A stretch of 64,000 nucleotides of DNA from Phyllosticta citribraziliensis (taxonomy: Eukaryota): assembly GCF_038025025.1 (NCBI RefSeq), contig NW_027117345.1:434001-498000 (forward strand), in the 5' to 3' direction. The notes under the pieces are model-generated. The model saw only the letters and a list, made by a program, of their open reading frames with translations. It was not told where the DNA came from and did not search any database. Each line of letters opens with the position of its first letter. Within the stretch, counting starts at the first letter, position 1. A program made the translations under genes and the position numbers. Shown here one piece after another: positions 11,531 to 24,281 of this stretch.

Positions 11531-13428
11531 TTAGAAAGAGGGGGTCGCGGCGGGAGCAGCGCCAGACTGCGCGGCCTGGCCAGACTGACCCGACTGTTGG
11601 CCACCGAAGCCACCAGCGGCCGGGGTGTTCTGAGCAGACGAGCCTGAACCAGACTGCTGACCGCCGAATCCACCAGCGACAGGGGTGCCCTGAGGAGATG
11701 AGCCTGAACCAGACTGCTGGCCGCCGAACCCACCAGCGACAGGAGTGCCCTGAGGAGACGAAGCTGAGCCGGAACCGGAGCCAGACTGGCCACCGAAGCC
11801 GCCCTGCTCAGAGCCCGATTGCTGACCGCCGAAGCCGCCCTGCTCTGACGAGGAGCCAGATTGCTGGCCGCCAAAGCCGCCTTGAGTAGACGGAGTTCCC
11901 TGAGGCGACGAGCCGCCAAAGCTGCCGGATGGCGGCGTCCCCTGAGGGACGGAGCCGCTCATGACGGGCGTGCCCTGAGCTTGACGCTTCTCAAAGCTGG
12001 GAGTTCCGCTGGGCGGAGGCCCGCTCGGCGGGGTCCCTGACGGAGGCTGGCCGCTAGGAGGAGTCCCGGACGGCGGCGCGCCGCTCGGGATGCCGCTAGC
12101 TTGACGCTTCTGCTGGGCTGGAGGAGTTCCGCTGGGCGGAGGCCCGCTCGGCGGAGTTCCAGTCGGAATTTGACCTGATGGCGGAGTTCCGGACGGAGGC
12201 TGGCCGCCAAAGCTGCCGCCGTTTGCCCCCGGTGTGCCGATGGGCGCGAGACCGGACGCCTGCGCAGAAAAGGCCTGGGCGAATTGGTTGAGCTGCTCGG
12301 ATGAGAAGCCGCCGTTGGAGTTGGGCGTGGGGAACGCGCCAGCGCTGCCGACGGGCGTCATGGCACCGCCGCCGAATCCGCTGCCGCCGAATCCACTGCC
12401 CTGCGCGCCGGGAGTTGGGAACGATCCCGATTGACCACCGAAGCCGCCGGCACCAGGCGTGAAAGCGCCGCCGAAGCCGCTGCCACCCTGCTGGGCACCG
12501 GGGGTAGGGAATGAACCTCCAGCGCCAGGGGTCATGGCACCGCCAAATCCACCACCAACACCGCTGCCCTGCGCGCCGGGGGTGGGGAAAGAGCCTGACT
12601 GGCCGCCGAAGCCTTGACCAGAGCCAGATTCAGAGCCCGACTGGCCACTGAAGCCACCGGCGCCCGGAGTCTGTTGAGCAGAGCCCTCGCCGGCAGCAGG
12701 AGTTTGACGGCGGGCAAGGTCGGCCGCAGCAGCGGAAGTGGCCTGACCGTTTTGCGCGCCATTGCTGTCGGCAGCTCCGCTCGCGGCGGCAGAGGGTTGA
12801 GCACCGGTAGGCTTGGCTCCAGTAGGAGCGGCGCCGCTAGGCTGTTGCTGCGCGCCAGCATTCCCAGCTTGTGGAGTTCCCTGAGGAGCGTTGCCGCTAC
12901 CAGGCGTCTGAATGGGCTGAGGACCGTTGGCGCCAGGGGTGCCGAAAGGTTGAGGTCCGTTGGCGCCAGGGGTGCCAAAAGGTTGAGGTCCGTTCGCGCC
13001 AGGGGTGCCAAAAGGCTGCGGTCCGTTTGCGCCGGGCGTGGGGAAGCCGCCGGCAGGGGGCGTCGGGAACCCAGGAGGCGGAGTTCCGTTAAACCCTCCA
13101 GCTGGAGGCGTGGGAAACCCTCCTGCAGGAGGCGTGTGGAACCCTCCCGCGGGCGGAGTGCCGTGAAAACCGCCGTGGTGTTGACCTTGGCCACCAGCTT
13201 GAGGAGTGCCGATGGGCTGAGCGCCATTCGCAGCGGGAGTTCCGCTCGGGGCAGCCGGAGCACTGGCTTGGACGCTGCCAGCGGCGGCCTTGCTGTTGTT
13301 TGGCTGGACAGGAGCGCCGGCCACCAGGGCACTGCAAAGGGCCAGTCAGATACAGAGTCAGTTGGAGAGGGACGGAGATAGACTGACCTGGAGGCGCCAA
13401 GAGCAACGAGAGCAAGCTTGGAGTGCAT
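11531..13428 (-). CDS. Secreted Gly/Pro/Ser/Gln-rich repeat protein with dibasic (Kex2) sites
   Basis: Signal peptide MHSKLALVALGASSALVAG assembled across intron 13332..13387; repeats TPPAGGF, GTPGANGPQPF, PPSG(T/Q/P), GGFGGQQSGS; sites ARR|Q, QKR|Q, EKR|Q. Confidence 0.85.
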
Positions 13429-15050
13429 CTTCAAAGTTGTGCGGTTTTCTTGAGAGAGAGGAAGACAGAAAGGAAGTGTGTATGACAGCGACGGGAGAAA
13501 AGATTACAACAAGGAATTGACAGGGAGGACTTTTCTGTAAGGACTGAAGGAAAACCAACCAGGGCTTCTCAGTGTGTAGTTGACTGCTGCGAGGAATGAA
13601 ACGGCACCATGGTTGAGAGGCAGAAACGTCTTTATAGCAAGTAAGTTGGAGCTGTGGAGCTCGACGGCGTGCTATAGACGGGGAAATTGGTGGCACGAGC
13701 GTGCGCCGCTCTGCCCATGACGGGGGACGCACCGCTACGACAACAATCGTCTCGCAACGTTGACGACAATGGCAACATGGCTTGCTTGCTTGCTGGCTCC
13801 CCGGTGGGCCAGACCCTCCTCCGTAGCCACGCACATGCAAAAAGGCGGGAAAGCCGTGAAGGACCGGCGACAGAGTGCTGGGCTCCACCAATGAGCTAGC
13901 TCAGCGAAGACCGGAGAAGACCATGTTTCGAAGCCTGGTCAGCTTCGTGCTGATCTGCTTCCTGTCTGGTGGGCAGAGGGAAGAACAACAAAGGAAGCGC
14001 CGCAAAGGTACCAAGTAGTGATCGACGACGCATAAACAAACGTTTCAAGTGATCACCGCAAGCTCGGGCAGGCTGGATTCTACTACACACCATGGTCCCC
14101 GCAGCGCCCATCATCCCGCCCGCGAGCTTACGCGTCTTTGTTCGCCTGTGGCACAAGTCCCGCGTTTTGGTGTTTAGCGAGGCGTCAAGGCGTGCCATGG
14201 AATCATCGACTGGAGAGGAAAGGGGGCAGGTGTCTCCCATGTCTTGGTGTAAGTTGCTGCAGGGGAGAGAGATGGTATGCATGCTGTGAATGTGATCTGG
14301 GGTAGGGCAGACATGCAGACAGGCCGAGTCAAGGCTGGGCGAATGGCGTGTCGGAGCGACCCACAGAAGCGTGCGAGCACTCATGTCAGCCTGCAAATGG
14401 TGTAAGCTGAGGGTGACATCTCAAGCAAAGGATCAGGGGCCGTCTCCGCCAACGCGTGGAAAAGTGTGGGGCTTCATTGTCAGCGGAGTGTCAAGTTGAC
14501 ACGGGCGAACAGAATAGAGCGCTCTTGAAACCTGGCTACGACTTGTTTGGACGAAGAGTAGCGCCGCACGCTGAGCTGTCCGACGCACGAGGAGAGAGTA
14601 TGGCACATTGATCTCCCCCAGCGGTTGCATTGGAATTGGTGGTCCGACGATGTCGGCGGGTCGAGGCGCTGCAGCAGGCAGTGAGAGGCTCTAGCTGGTG
14701 TTGAAGTCGACGTTGGCCGCTGACTCGGATCCTCTGGCGGCCAAACCACCGACGAATCGCACGGGAACAACCCTTTTTTTTCTGCACAAACACCCACACA
14801 CTCTCAACTTTTAGCCGCTCAGGTTGTCGGATTCCAACCCTGCCCCTGCCGACGTCACGTAGACCAACAAACAAAGTCTTGGACTATGACATGATCAATT
14901 CCTTGCTCGCGCTTCCCGTCTGCTTCAGAGATATCAGTTGAGCCTTTTCCGCTGCTCCGCCCAGACCACCTACTAGACATGGTATCCTGCACGCGTGTAG
15001 ACCTGCCTTCAATATCATCCTGTCTCCCGCCAACCATAACGTTTCCTGCT

Positions 15051-15782
15051 CTACTTGGCCACGGCCGCGGCCAGGTCGGCCAGAGCCTCGCGGCGCTTGA
15101 ACTTGGCATCCTCAATGACCCCTGCAAAGAAACAGTTAGCGAGCTGTGACCGTGCATCCACCCACCAGTCTTTTTCGACATCTATTATTGCTTCTCTATT
15201 CCAAGCATGTTGAAGGTAGGGAGAGTCTCGTCACGTACCGGCATCAGCATCGCTTGAGAAGTTTCCAGTCCTGCCACGCGTCAGTCATTATGGTCGCCTG
15301 GCCTCCACTTGGATCGACATCGCTTACCACTGGACGTAGGTGTGACCCTCATGCTTGCCAGACGTAACGGGAAACAGGCGGATGGTGCTGACGACCGACG
15401 AGTAGCTCAGTTCAGGCGAAGCAGTGATGACCGAGTATGTGATGTAGTGGTTGATCGTCTGTGGATGCAATTAGCTCAATCGTTTCCTCAATTGTAAAAA
15501 GCTTCGCGTCTCGTGGCGCGTAGGGTTGCGTAAAACACTGCATCATCGTGGGGATTTTACCGAGTGCTCCTCCTGCTTGACCTCAAGAACGGTGCCGTCC
15601 TTGAAGGTCCACTTGACCACGTCCGTCTCGGGAGAGGCGCCCTTGACGTACTCGCTCTTGTCCAGCTTGGACCAGAACTTGCTGAAGTCCTGCAGCTTGA
15701 CGAGGTGCCAGACGTGGGCGAGCGGCGCCTCAATGACGGCCGATTCGGCGACAGAAGTCGAGGTGGGGATGCGAGAGGACAT
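15051..15782 (-). CDS. Bet v1-like/SRPBCC (polyketide cyclase-like) protein
   Basis: Four exons joined in frame (intron donors at 15560, 15327, 15238): ESAVIEAPLAHVWHLVK...HYITYSVIT...YVQWTGNFSSDADAGVIEDAKFKRREALADLAAAVAK*. Confidence 0.85.
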
Positions 15783-16181
15783 GATGTCGGTAGCTTTGGT
15801 TATTTGGATTCAGAGGGTGTGTGGTGGGCTTTTGAAGTGGAGAGCTGAGAAAGAGCTGTGGTGGTGAAGAAAGGAAGCTTCCACGGCTGCCGAATGACGT
15901 TCGCTTGACCCCGCAGGGCAACCACACAAACGGCAAGGGAGCTCTGTGGCGGGGTCAAGCCTGCACGCAAACAACACCATCAATCGCCGCCTACATGCAT
16001 CATCACTTTGCAAACATTTCATTTCACATTTCATTGAGAAAAGTCCAAGAGCAAACATCCATTTTTTTGTGGTTTGATATGTAAGAATTTTTTTGGTTTA
16101 TCCAGGATGGCCATCGAGGCATTGAGATTATCGTAGATTCATCATGTTGTCTCCGTTTCGGATTTCTTCAGAGTTCGTCCT

Positions 16182-17150
16182 TCACAAAATGTCGACCTTC
16201 TTGATCTCGACATAGTCCTTGTCCAGCTTGGGCACTTCGACCTTCAGGATGCCGTCCTCCAGCTTGGCAGTAATCGCGTCACTGTCAACCTGCGCAGGGT
16301 TTGCGCGGCTTCCAAGGCGAATCTTGCGGTCAAAGGCGCCAACCTTTCTCTCGTTCAAAGCCAGGGTCTTGAGCAGCTCCTCGTCGCCGGGCCTGTGGAC
16401 GACACCGGAGACACTGATCTCGCTCTTCTCGGCGTCCCAGCTCAAGCCGACGTCTTCCTTCTTCGCGCCGGGGATGGACAAGTGGATGACGTACGCGGTC
16501 TCCGTGTCGAACACGTCTGCCTCGGGCTTGAACTCGCCTTGCATGGCGTCTCTTTCTCCGTCGCCTTGCTCTCCAAACAGTTGTCGTTGGAAAAGATCCG
16601 AAAAGCCGCTCAGGTCAAATGGAGCGCCGGCCCAGCTGGCGCGTCCCCATGGACCGCGACGGCCACCACGACGTCCATGGCCTCGTTGATGGGGATGAAC
16701 ATGATGTCCGTAGGGTGCTGACGAGGATTCGGCCTCGGCGTAAGGGGGAGCAGGCCCATCGTTCTCAGGAGTGGGGGATCCTGCGCGGTCTTGGTCACCC
16801 TTTACGTCTGCTGAGAAACCTTCCGGGTGCGGAGGTGGAGGAGGTGGGTGGGGAAATCCGTGAGGAGGGGGAGGAGGAGGAGGAGGAGGGTGGTGGTGAT
16901 GTCCTGGGCCATGAGGAGCCCTTGGAGGCGAGGGAGGATGAGGGCCGCGAGCCCATCCAGTGGGGCATCCCGGGCCCATGAAGGGATGGAACCGAGCTCC
17001 CCACGGTCCCCAGGGGCGTTCATCATCCGAGGTGTTTTGGTTGTCGCCAGATCGGGAGGTAAAGAAGGGATGAGTGGTACCTTGGTTTTCCAGGTTTGCC
17101 ACAAAGTCCCAAAAGGGAGCTGTTTGGTTGACGTAGCGTATTGAAGGCAT
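16182..17150 (-). CDS. Small heat shock protein (HSP20 alpha-crystallin domain) with long His/Pro/RGG-rich N-terminus
   Basis: C-terminal FKPEADVFDTETAYVIHLSIPGAKKEDV...ERKVGAFDRKIRL...ITAKLEDGILKVEVPK; TATA-like TATATAA near 17231..17237. Confidence 0.92.
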   Translation of the reverse strand: MPSIRYVNQTAPFWDFVANLENQGTTHPFFTSRSGDNQNTSDDERPWGPWGARFHPFMGPGCPTGWARGPHPPSPPRAPHGPGHHHHPPPPPPPPPHGFPHPPPPPPHPEGFSADVKGDQDRAGSPTPENDGPAPPYAEAESSSAPYGHHVHPHQRGHGRRGGRRGPWGRASWAGAPFDLSGFSDLFQRQLFGEQGDGERDAMQGEFKPEADVFDTETAYVIHLSIPGAKKEDVGLSWDAEKSEISVSGVVHRPGDEELLKTLALNERKVGAFDRKIRLGSRANPAQVDSDAITAKLEDGILKVEVPKLDKDYVEIKKVDIL

Positions 17151-17965
17151 GTTGAAGGTGTTTTCGAGAGGTGTGATGTAGAGATGGAGTGGAGGGTTGA
17201 AAGTGATGGTGAAAGCAACAGACCGTGAGTTTATATAAAGAGGGGCAGCTCTAACATCCTGTCACTATGGACGACAGGCAGAGACGCGTACGTAGGCTAA
17301 TCGCCACTACACGAAGCTTGGTAAGCTCCGGCGCACGCCATAGGACAACCAGCAGGCTGTGACACAGAAACAAAGAAACAGCTCGAAGTTGAAGGTATAG
17401 GCTAGCCACAGGCAACAGCTTTTCGCACGCGAGGATTCGTCGACAGAGCTAGCAGTTGTGATCCTCTCACACCTTGTGGCGCTTAGCGTGGCGACGGTCG
17501 ACGCCACACAGCAACCTTGGTGATCCTGCACTGTAAACAGTAGAGTGACTGAGGAGAGCCTTCTGGCATATTCTTGTGATGGTAGATGAGTCAATAAGTG
17601 AGTTTGTCATCCTAGACAGAAACACTGAAGCTCAAGGCAGCATCAAAGTGTTTTGTCCGTGGCTGACTTGCCCCGACCCCTGACACCCAGACGGAGTCGG
17701 CGAGGCGGCATCTCCGCTCCCGAGCTCCGTCTATCGGATTCTTGGTTTATCCGCGCCGACACGATGTGCGTCATTGAATTGGTTCCATCGGGAAAGGTGT
17801 ACAACCTTCCAACTCCCTGTCCATCTCACAACACTGACGATTCTACCTGGATCGCAATGCTCCATCTGCCAGTCATCTTCTCATCGAGCATGCAAAACCA
17901 ACCTGTCCCCTCATCCTTCAATAGGCACCCGCCGTCGGTCGATTGAAGCTCGACCTACACACGAA

Positions 17966-19645
17966 ATGGACCAACCAGGGCTCGCCGAACTCGAGGTATG
18001 CGCCTGAAGATTGTGCTCCTTGCATAACGTGTTGCATGTGCTAACTCGAATCAAGCGCGAGTACTGCCCGGCTTTAGATGCTGCCCTGGTCTATGCCATC
18101 TACTCCGACTATGAAGGCCAACCAAATGCGCTCGACCAAGCGCGCGCGCAACTCGATCTACTCAGGGACAGCGCCGTAACTGAACAATTCACCGACTTTG
18201 ATCCCTCTGGAACAAGCGGCCAGGGCGCCCAAGACACTTCCCCGGACAATGGCCGACACTCTCAACGCAGCACAACTTCTCCCGTATCGGAGACGGACGC
18301 GACAAGCTTATCACACGGCATGTCTTCTCTTTGGGTCGGGAGCAGTAGCTCTGGAAGCTCGACGCCGTTGGAGCCCAGTGCGTTCATGGACTACTTTCAG
18401 GGGCTTGACGACGCATCAAAAGAAGCCCAGTTAGCCGAGACCTTTCCGACGCTCAAGCTCGAGACGATCAAATTCATCCTCAAAAAGTCCAACTCGGATT
18501 ATGAAAAGACGACGGACGAGCTTCTCAATCATGTGCTGTTTGAAGAGCTGGATGGCGTCGAGGGTGGTGAAGACTTTACGAGGAAAGGAATCGACGCGTT
18601 TGCAGCGGACACCAATGGAACGCGCGGCCGCAAGAAGAAGGGCAAGAAGAAGCAAAAGTTCATGAACCTTGATGAATATTCAAGAACACAATCAGAGCCC
18701 GCCTCGCCTGTTGAGAGTCGTTGGGACTCGGGCAGCAAAGACGTCTCGTTCATTTCTTCCAGAGTTGATCTCGACCACAAGATGATTTGGTCACTGTACC
18801 ACAAGAACAGCGCCTCTATGCGCAAGACCATCGACAGTTTGCTGAAGCAAGAAATCGACAACAGCTCGGATCCAAACGGTGAATCTGAACCAAATCCGTT
18901 GGTCACGTCGCGCGCCATTGACCTGATGTCGGAATTCTCCCTCGAACCACCCCAGGCTCTGGCCCTTATACGCCTGACACATCCCTCCTCAGCCGCCGCG
19001 CACGAACTGGCAAAAGCCCTCATCGGTCCTCCAGTACAATCGCGGGGTCGGGGCAATTCTATGGCGAATGCGACCCCTATAATCCCTCAATACGCACCCC
19101 TCAAAATCGACTCGGACGTCCTGTCAGAATCCGCCCACGCGTCGTCAAGCCTCGCGCCGTCCCCTCACCCCAACACACCCGCGAGCCTAGCCGCGCAGCG
19201 CGCCGCAGCATTCAGCGCCGCGTCGTCGCTCCACTGCACGGCGTCGTCGACCAACCACCGCGGCGCCGCGGCGTCCTACTACGCGCAGCTGGGGCGCGAC
19301 TACGACCGCGCGTACCGGGCGGCCGTGTCGTCAGATGCCGACGAGCTGGTCGCGTCGCAGAGCTCGGCGACGTCGCTCGACCTGCACGGCGTCAGCGTGC
19401 GCGACGCGCTGCGCATCGCACGTTCGGCGGTGCAGCAGTGGTGGGATGGCCTGGGCGAGCGCCGCATCAAGGGCTGGGGCGACGGCGGCGGCGAGTACCG
19501 CATCGTGACAGGCGTCGGCCGGCACAGCGATGGCGGCAAGGCCAAGATTGGACCCGCTGTCGGTCGCATGCTGGTGAGGGAGGGCTGGAAGGTCGAGGTC
19601 GGCAGCGGAGTGCTGAGCGTGACGGGCCGGCGGGCTCGGAGTTAG
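17966..19645 (+). CDS. Smr-domain endonuclease with CUE-like domain (Cue2/N4BP2-like)
   Basis: LDLHGVSVRDA and IVTGVGRHS Smr motifs; LAETFP CUE-like segment; intron 17996..18055. Confidence 0.88.
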
Positions 19646-19793
19646 CCCAGTGCTTGCGATGCAAGCAAGCAAGAGATGGAGATATGATCTGGCGCTGACG
19701 AAGAAGGCGAACAAACAGAACAGAACGCGGCGCCATAAACTGACACGACACGAAACGACATGAAGACACGTACGCTAGCCCATTTAGCGAGGC

Positions 19794-19879
19794 GTTGAAG
19801 GAGCATTCATCTGGCTAGCGTTTGCTATCACACTAGGAATGTTGAAGGAGCGTTCATCTGGCCGGCGTTTGCTACCACA
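19794..19879. repeat. Imperfect direct repeat, ~39-bp unit, period 47
   Basis: GTTGAAGGAGCATTCATCTGGCTAGCGTTTGCTATCAC at 19794 and GTTGAAGGAGCGTTCATCTGGCCGGCGTTTGCTACCAC at 19841. Confidence 0.85.
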
Positions 19880-20229
19880 AGGGGTATTTGGCGGATTTCT
19901 GGCGTTGCTGATGATTGCAAATGCACCACGACACTGGCATTTTAAACGGCGTTGCTGAAGCATGTTGAACAGGCTTAGACACTTAGTCTCGGTATCTACA
20001 GTAGTGCCACAATGTGAAGAGTATTGATCAATCAGGTGGTTCTTGATGAAGGAATGGAAATTTGGATGCGGGCGGGAATGCTCCCTCCTGTCTGCCTATA
20101 CAACCTCACATGCTGTGTCTACTTCTAATGGCTGCTTGAATGCAGTCTCGTGGGTCCCTCATCCACTCGCACACAGACCTCCACCACTTCCGCATCAACC
20201 ATCCCCTCCACACAGAGCCAAGCACACGA

Positions 20230-23200
20230 CTACGCCGCACCAAAGCCCCGAGCATTATCGAGCGCAACGACAAGCTTGCGCTCCATCTTCTCCCTCGACT
20301 CATACTGCGGCAGCAGCAAGCGGCCAAAGCACGTGGAGCTAGTCGGCAACTGCTCGCCATCGCTGCCGTTACGCTGGATCCAGAACATGAGGCTCTGGAC
20401 GCCGGCGACAGGCACGCGGTCGCTGGCCGTGACGAACTCGAGCAGCTTGCGCTTGCGCTCCTGGTCCCATGCGTTCACGATGCTCCAGAAGGCGCGGATC
20501 GTCTCGTGCGTCGCGCTGTACCCGTCGTACCGCGTCACACGCTCCAGCTGCGCCGTGTCGATCTCGCGGTGCCCTTCGACGATGCTCTGCAGGAGGGCCG
20601 GCCGCGCTTCGAGCAGCGCGAGGTGCGAGCGCGGCAGGCAGGCGTCGAAGCCGCGCATAAAGGCCGTCAGTTGCGGCTTGACGGAGCGGTACGTCAGCCA
20701 GTCCTTGTAGTCGAGGACAAACGAGGCGCGGTTTTCGTTGGTGAGAGGCGGAGCGTCGGGCCCCGTAGGGGGCCAGTTGATGGAAGGGTTGGGCGAGCTG
20801 AGGGTCGACTCGTCGGCATAGTTGAGGATATGACCGAGCGGGGGCAGCTCGTCGTCCTCGTCCATGGCCGCCATGTTGATATTGATGAGGAGGCCGCCGG
20901 CGTCGATGCTAAAGACGAGATCGCGGCCGAGTATGTCACCCACCTCTTCTTCGCAGTCGAGGATGAACTGGAGGCTCTTTTCCAGCTCGGGCCATCCATC
21001 TCCAATATAGTACGGTCCGGGGCGGCTTCGCTTCAAGAGTCTTGTGTACAAGATTCTAGGAAACGAGACGGGGAGCGTGATTCCATTGCAAATGGCAATC
21101 GAGAAAAGGAGACCAATGAGCTCAAACCGCTCGAGTGGTTCGGGAGACATGGGCCGAAACCAGGCCATGTGCGTCTGCGGGTCGACGGTAAACATGCCGT
21201 TGTCCGGGTTGAATGCTTCGGCGAGGGCGACTCTGAAGAACTCTTGCGCGACACCTCCCTGGTCTACACCTTGTTCTCCTTCATCCTTTCCCATGCGGAC
21301 CTTGAGAGGAAGCACTAGCTGTCGCCTCTCCAAGCCCCACAGCTGGTTGAGCGTATCTTCGAGTACGTGACTTCGCCGTACGTCCAGCGTGAGGTATCTA
21401 CTAGAAGCGACGGCATAGTTATCGTCCAGATATCGCTGCCAAGTGTGATTTAAAAAGTGCCTTCGAAATCGTTCCTGAATGTGGAAGTTGTTTCCCGCGG
21501 TCGTGAAATGCCTGGAGATGGTGAAAAAGTTGAGAGCGCGGAAACACATGAGAAGGAAAACGTCGGGGAAGAAGAATGTATACTCCAGGATGTGACGCAC
21601 GTTGGGATCGTCTCGGCGATCACAGTGGCTGGCGACAACTTCCACGAGGTCGATATCGGGCCTGAAGCGACATTTTTCGACGACGACGTTGAGCTCATTC
21701 TCGAAATCGGGCCCAAAGTACGTTGCTACACAGTCTCAGTATAGAACAACGCCAGATGCGATGCACTTACACATTGCCAGTAGGCATTCGGCGGCAGAGC
21801 CAAACGCATCCCATCGCTTGACTTCGTGCTCGCCGCGCCACGTCTTGAAGAGAATTTCATCTAACCACAGCCTCAGATTCCCATTAAGTAATAAATCCCA
21901 ATCCCATCCCAGGCTGTTGTCGGTCTGCACTCCACGACAACTCCTAACATGGGCGTAGACCAGAAGGATTGGTGAGCGTGATGAGACCTCTGTAGTCTTC
22001 GCAAGCATCTCGGAGAAGCATTGTCGAGCGCTGATTGCTCGAGCCAGACGAGTGGCGAGTCTGATCGCGGGCTCGTAGCTGAGTTGGTCCAGGGACATCA
22101 ATCCGGCCCTGGGAGTCTCACCAGCAAGCTTGGCCCAATCTTCTGCGGTGTCACCGAGCGCACTCAAAGCATGGATACAGATCATGATGATGTGTGCCGC
22201 GTCTTCGTCGGGTACATGAGTCAATTTGTCACCATGGAGCGACAAGCGCTGTGCCTTGGAATGCTTGCTTTTTGAACTCTTTCGAATTTTGAGCTCGGGA
22301 GGCGGAATGAACAAGCACTCGAGACTCTGCCACAAGCTGTCGAATACAAGTGCGCCATTGATGCCTTGCCATGCCGCAAACGCCCGGTGCATCTTTACTG
22401 GATGAAGATGCGGTAGTGGATTGAAACGAGCGTCGATTTCGTCGCGAAAGGATGCGAGCAGACGTTTTGGATTGCTAAGGCACTGATGAAGAGACTCGTC
22501 GACATAACTCCATGTCTTGTTCTCCGAATCGTACCTCGGGATGCCGCCAGGCAAATGGATTTGCAGCTTATCGTCTCTTTCGGCGAGTGCGAGACTTTTC
22601 AGGTCCTTCATGATTGAATACGAGAGGTAGCTCGCGGTGAATTTTCTCCTGTTTCGCGGCCAATCGTTCATTTGCAGGTCCTTGGCAGGAACGGGCTTTT
22701 CCACGCTCGACGATCGAGGATAGTTCCGCTTGGGTGGCTTCTTGGTAGGCGTCTTATCATTTGGCTTTTTGCTCGGCACTCCATTTGGTTTCCCCTGAGG
22801 CGCAAGTTTTCCATTCGGCGCTGGTAGGCATTGATCCGAGTTTCCAAGTTTTCCATACGACAGTCTGTTTGAAGTAGCTCGCCCCTTGGCTGGCTTGTTT
22901 GTTTTCCCGTTGAGCACCGGAGACGTATGTGCAGAGACAAGACCGTTGGTCTTGGAAGACGTGGTTGAACGCGATGGCAAAGGAACGTCGACTTGGGTAT
23001 TTTGAGCCGAGACTGGTTTTGGTTGGGCTTCCACATTCCCCGGACGACTTGTGATTGTGGTACCGTGACCAGACGCCGTCAGGTACTCGAATCCAGTCTC
23101 GATTTTAGCAGCGCGGTCTCCGGATGTTGCGCTGTCAGGACTTGCCAACCCAACACGGCCAGTTTGATTCAATGTCCGAGCGACTTTTGTGCTGTACAAA

Positions 23201-23703
23201 TTTTGCAAGAATGACCTGTGATCTATTCTCCTGGACCATCCGTCACGCAGCACCAGAGAGCCCACATGCATCCAGTTTGAAGGGCCATCGACAATATTGC
23301 ACAAGCCGGACTCGGGGTCGTCCTGACTTGCCAAGTGGTATGCGAGAGTCCTGGCAGCGACGGACGTCGGACGTCGGAGAGGTTTCGATGTGACGCGCTT
23401 GACGCAGCTGAAGCAAGTGGGCTTGTTGCAGTATGGGTTGTCGCAGCCATGGCGTATCTGCAAAGTGTACCTTGCGGCGCGTCAGGAGCACATTCGCGCA
23501 GCTGGTGGGTCAACATACCGGCGGACCAAAGACTGGAAAGTAGCTAGACGCGTGGCACTCGAGTCGCGGAAGCTTAACTCGTGCGAGCCCAGCACCCGCG
23601 AGCTTGCGAGCAGACGGCGCCACGGGTCCTTCGAAAGAGCGTCGGCAAGCTGCTGGGTACCGCCCAAGAGTTGTGGCGGAGACCCGCGCGCATCGGTCGT
23701 CAT
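20230..23703 (-). CDS. HUL4: HECT E3 ubiquitin ligase with N-terminal AZUL zinc-binding motif
   Basis: GCDNPYCNKPTC (AZUL-like); GEQGVDQGGVAQEFF, LLEFVTASDRVP, catalytic LPTSSTCF, terminal GFGAA; intron 23471..23518 and one near 21730..21770. Confidence 0.88.
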
Positions 23704-24281
23704 CTCATCTGGTTGCTGTGGAGGTCGGGGAGAGGAGGCGCGCTGGCCAGGCGAGGCGAGAGGGGTCGTGGGGTAGAAGATGTCGAACTGTCGAACTCAG
23801 CACAGCACGCACGGGAGGCGCAGATGTCATGGGAGATGGATGGATGGATGGGATGGGATGGGATGGGATGGGTGCGGTGGCCGTGCGCCGCGACAGGAAC
23901 CGAGCGGAGGGGATCCCTAGGTATGTGTGGTCCAGGTCATCAGTCAGCAACACAAGGGTTTAGACGTCATGCAACCAACTCAGCCCTACCGGCCCCGTCC
24001 AAGACTCACTAATGTTGGACTTATCGTCGGCTCGCGCTCGCCACAAGGTCTGGCCGGCCCTGCAATAATCTCACCGCACTCTGCCTGTCCTCGCCAACCC
24101 TCTCCCTTGAATTCTTCGCGCCCTCGCTCTGCGTCGACGACCTCGTGGCAATCTCCCGCTCTTTCGCGGCTCACCGTTCGCTTGCTGGCCCCTCCAGCAC
24201 CGTAGTCGCCGACCACGACTTTTCCTCCACCGCGCCCACCCTCCCGCCGTCACCCCAAACTCTGCTCAACCACTAGACGCC

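Noticed and set aside
23700..23708. Minimal uORF ATG-AGA-TGA overlapping the HUL4 start
   Set aside because: Too short to distinguish from chance without conservation data
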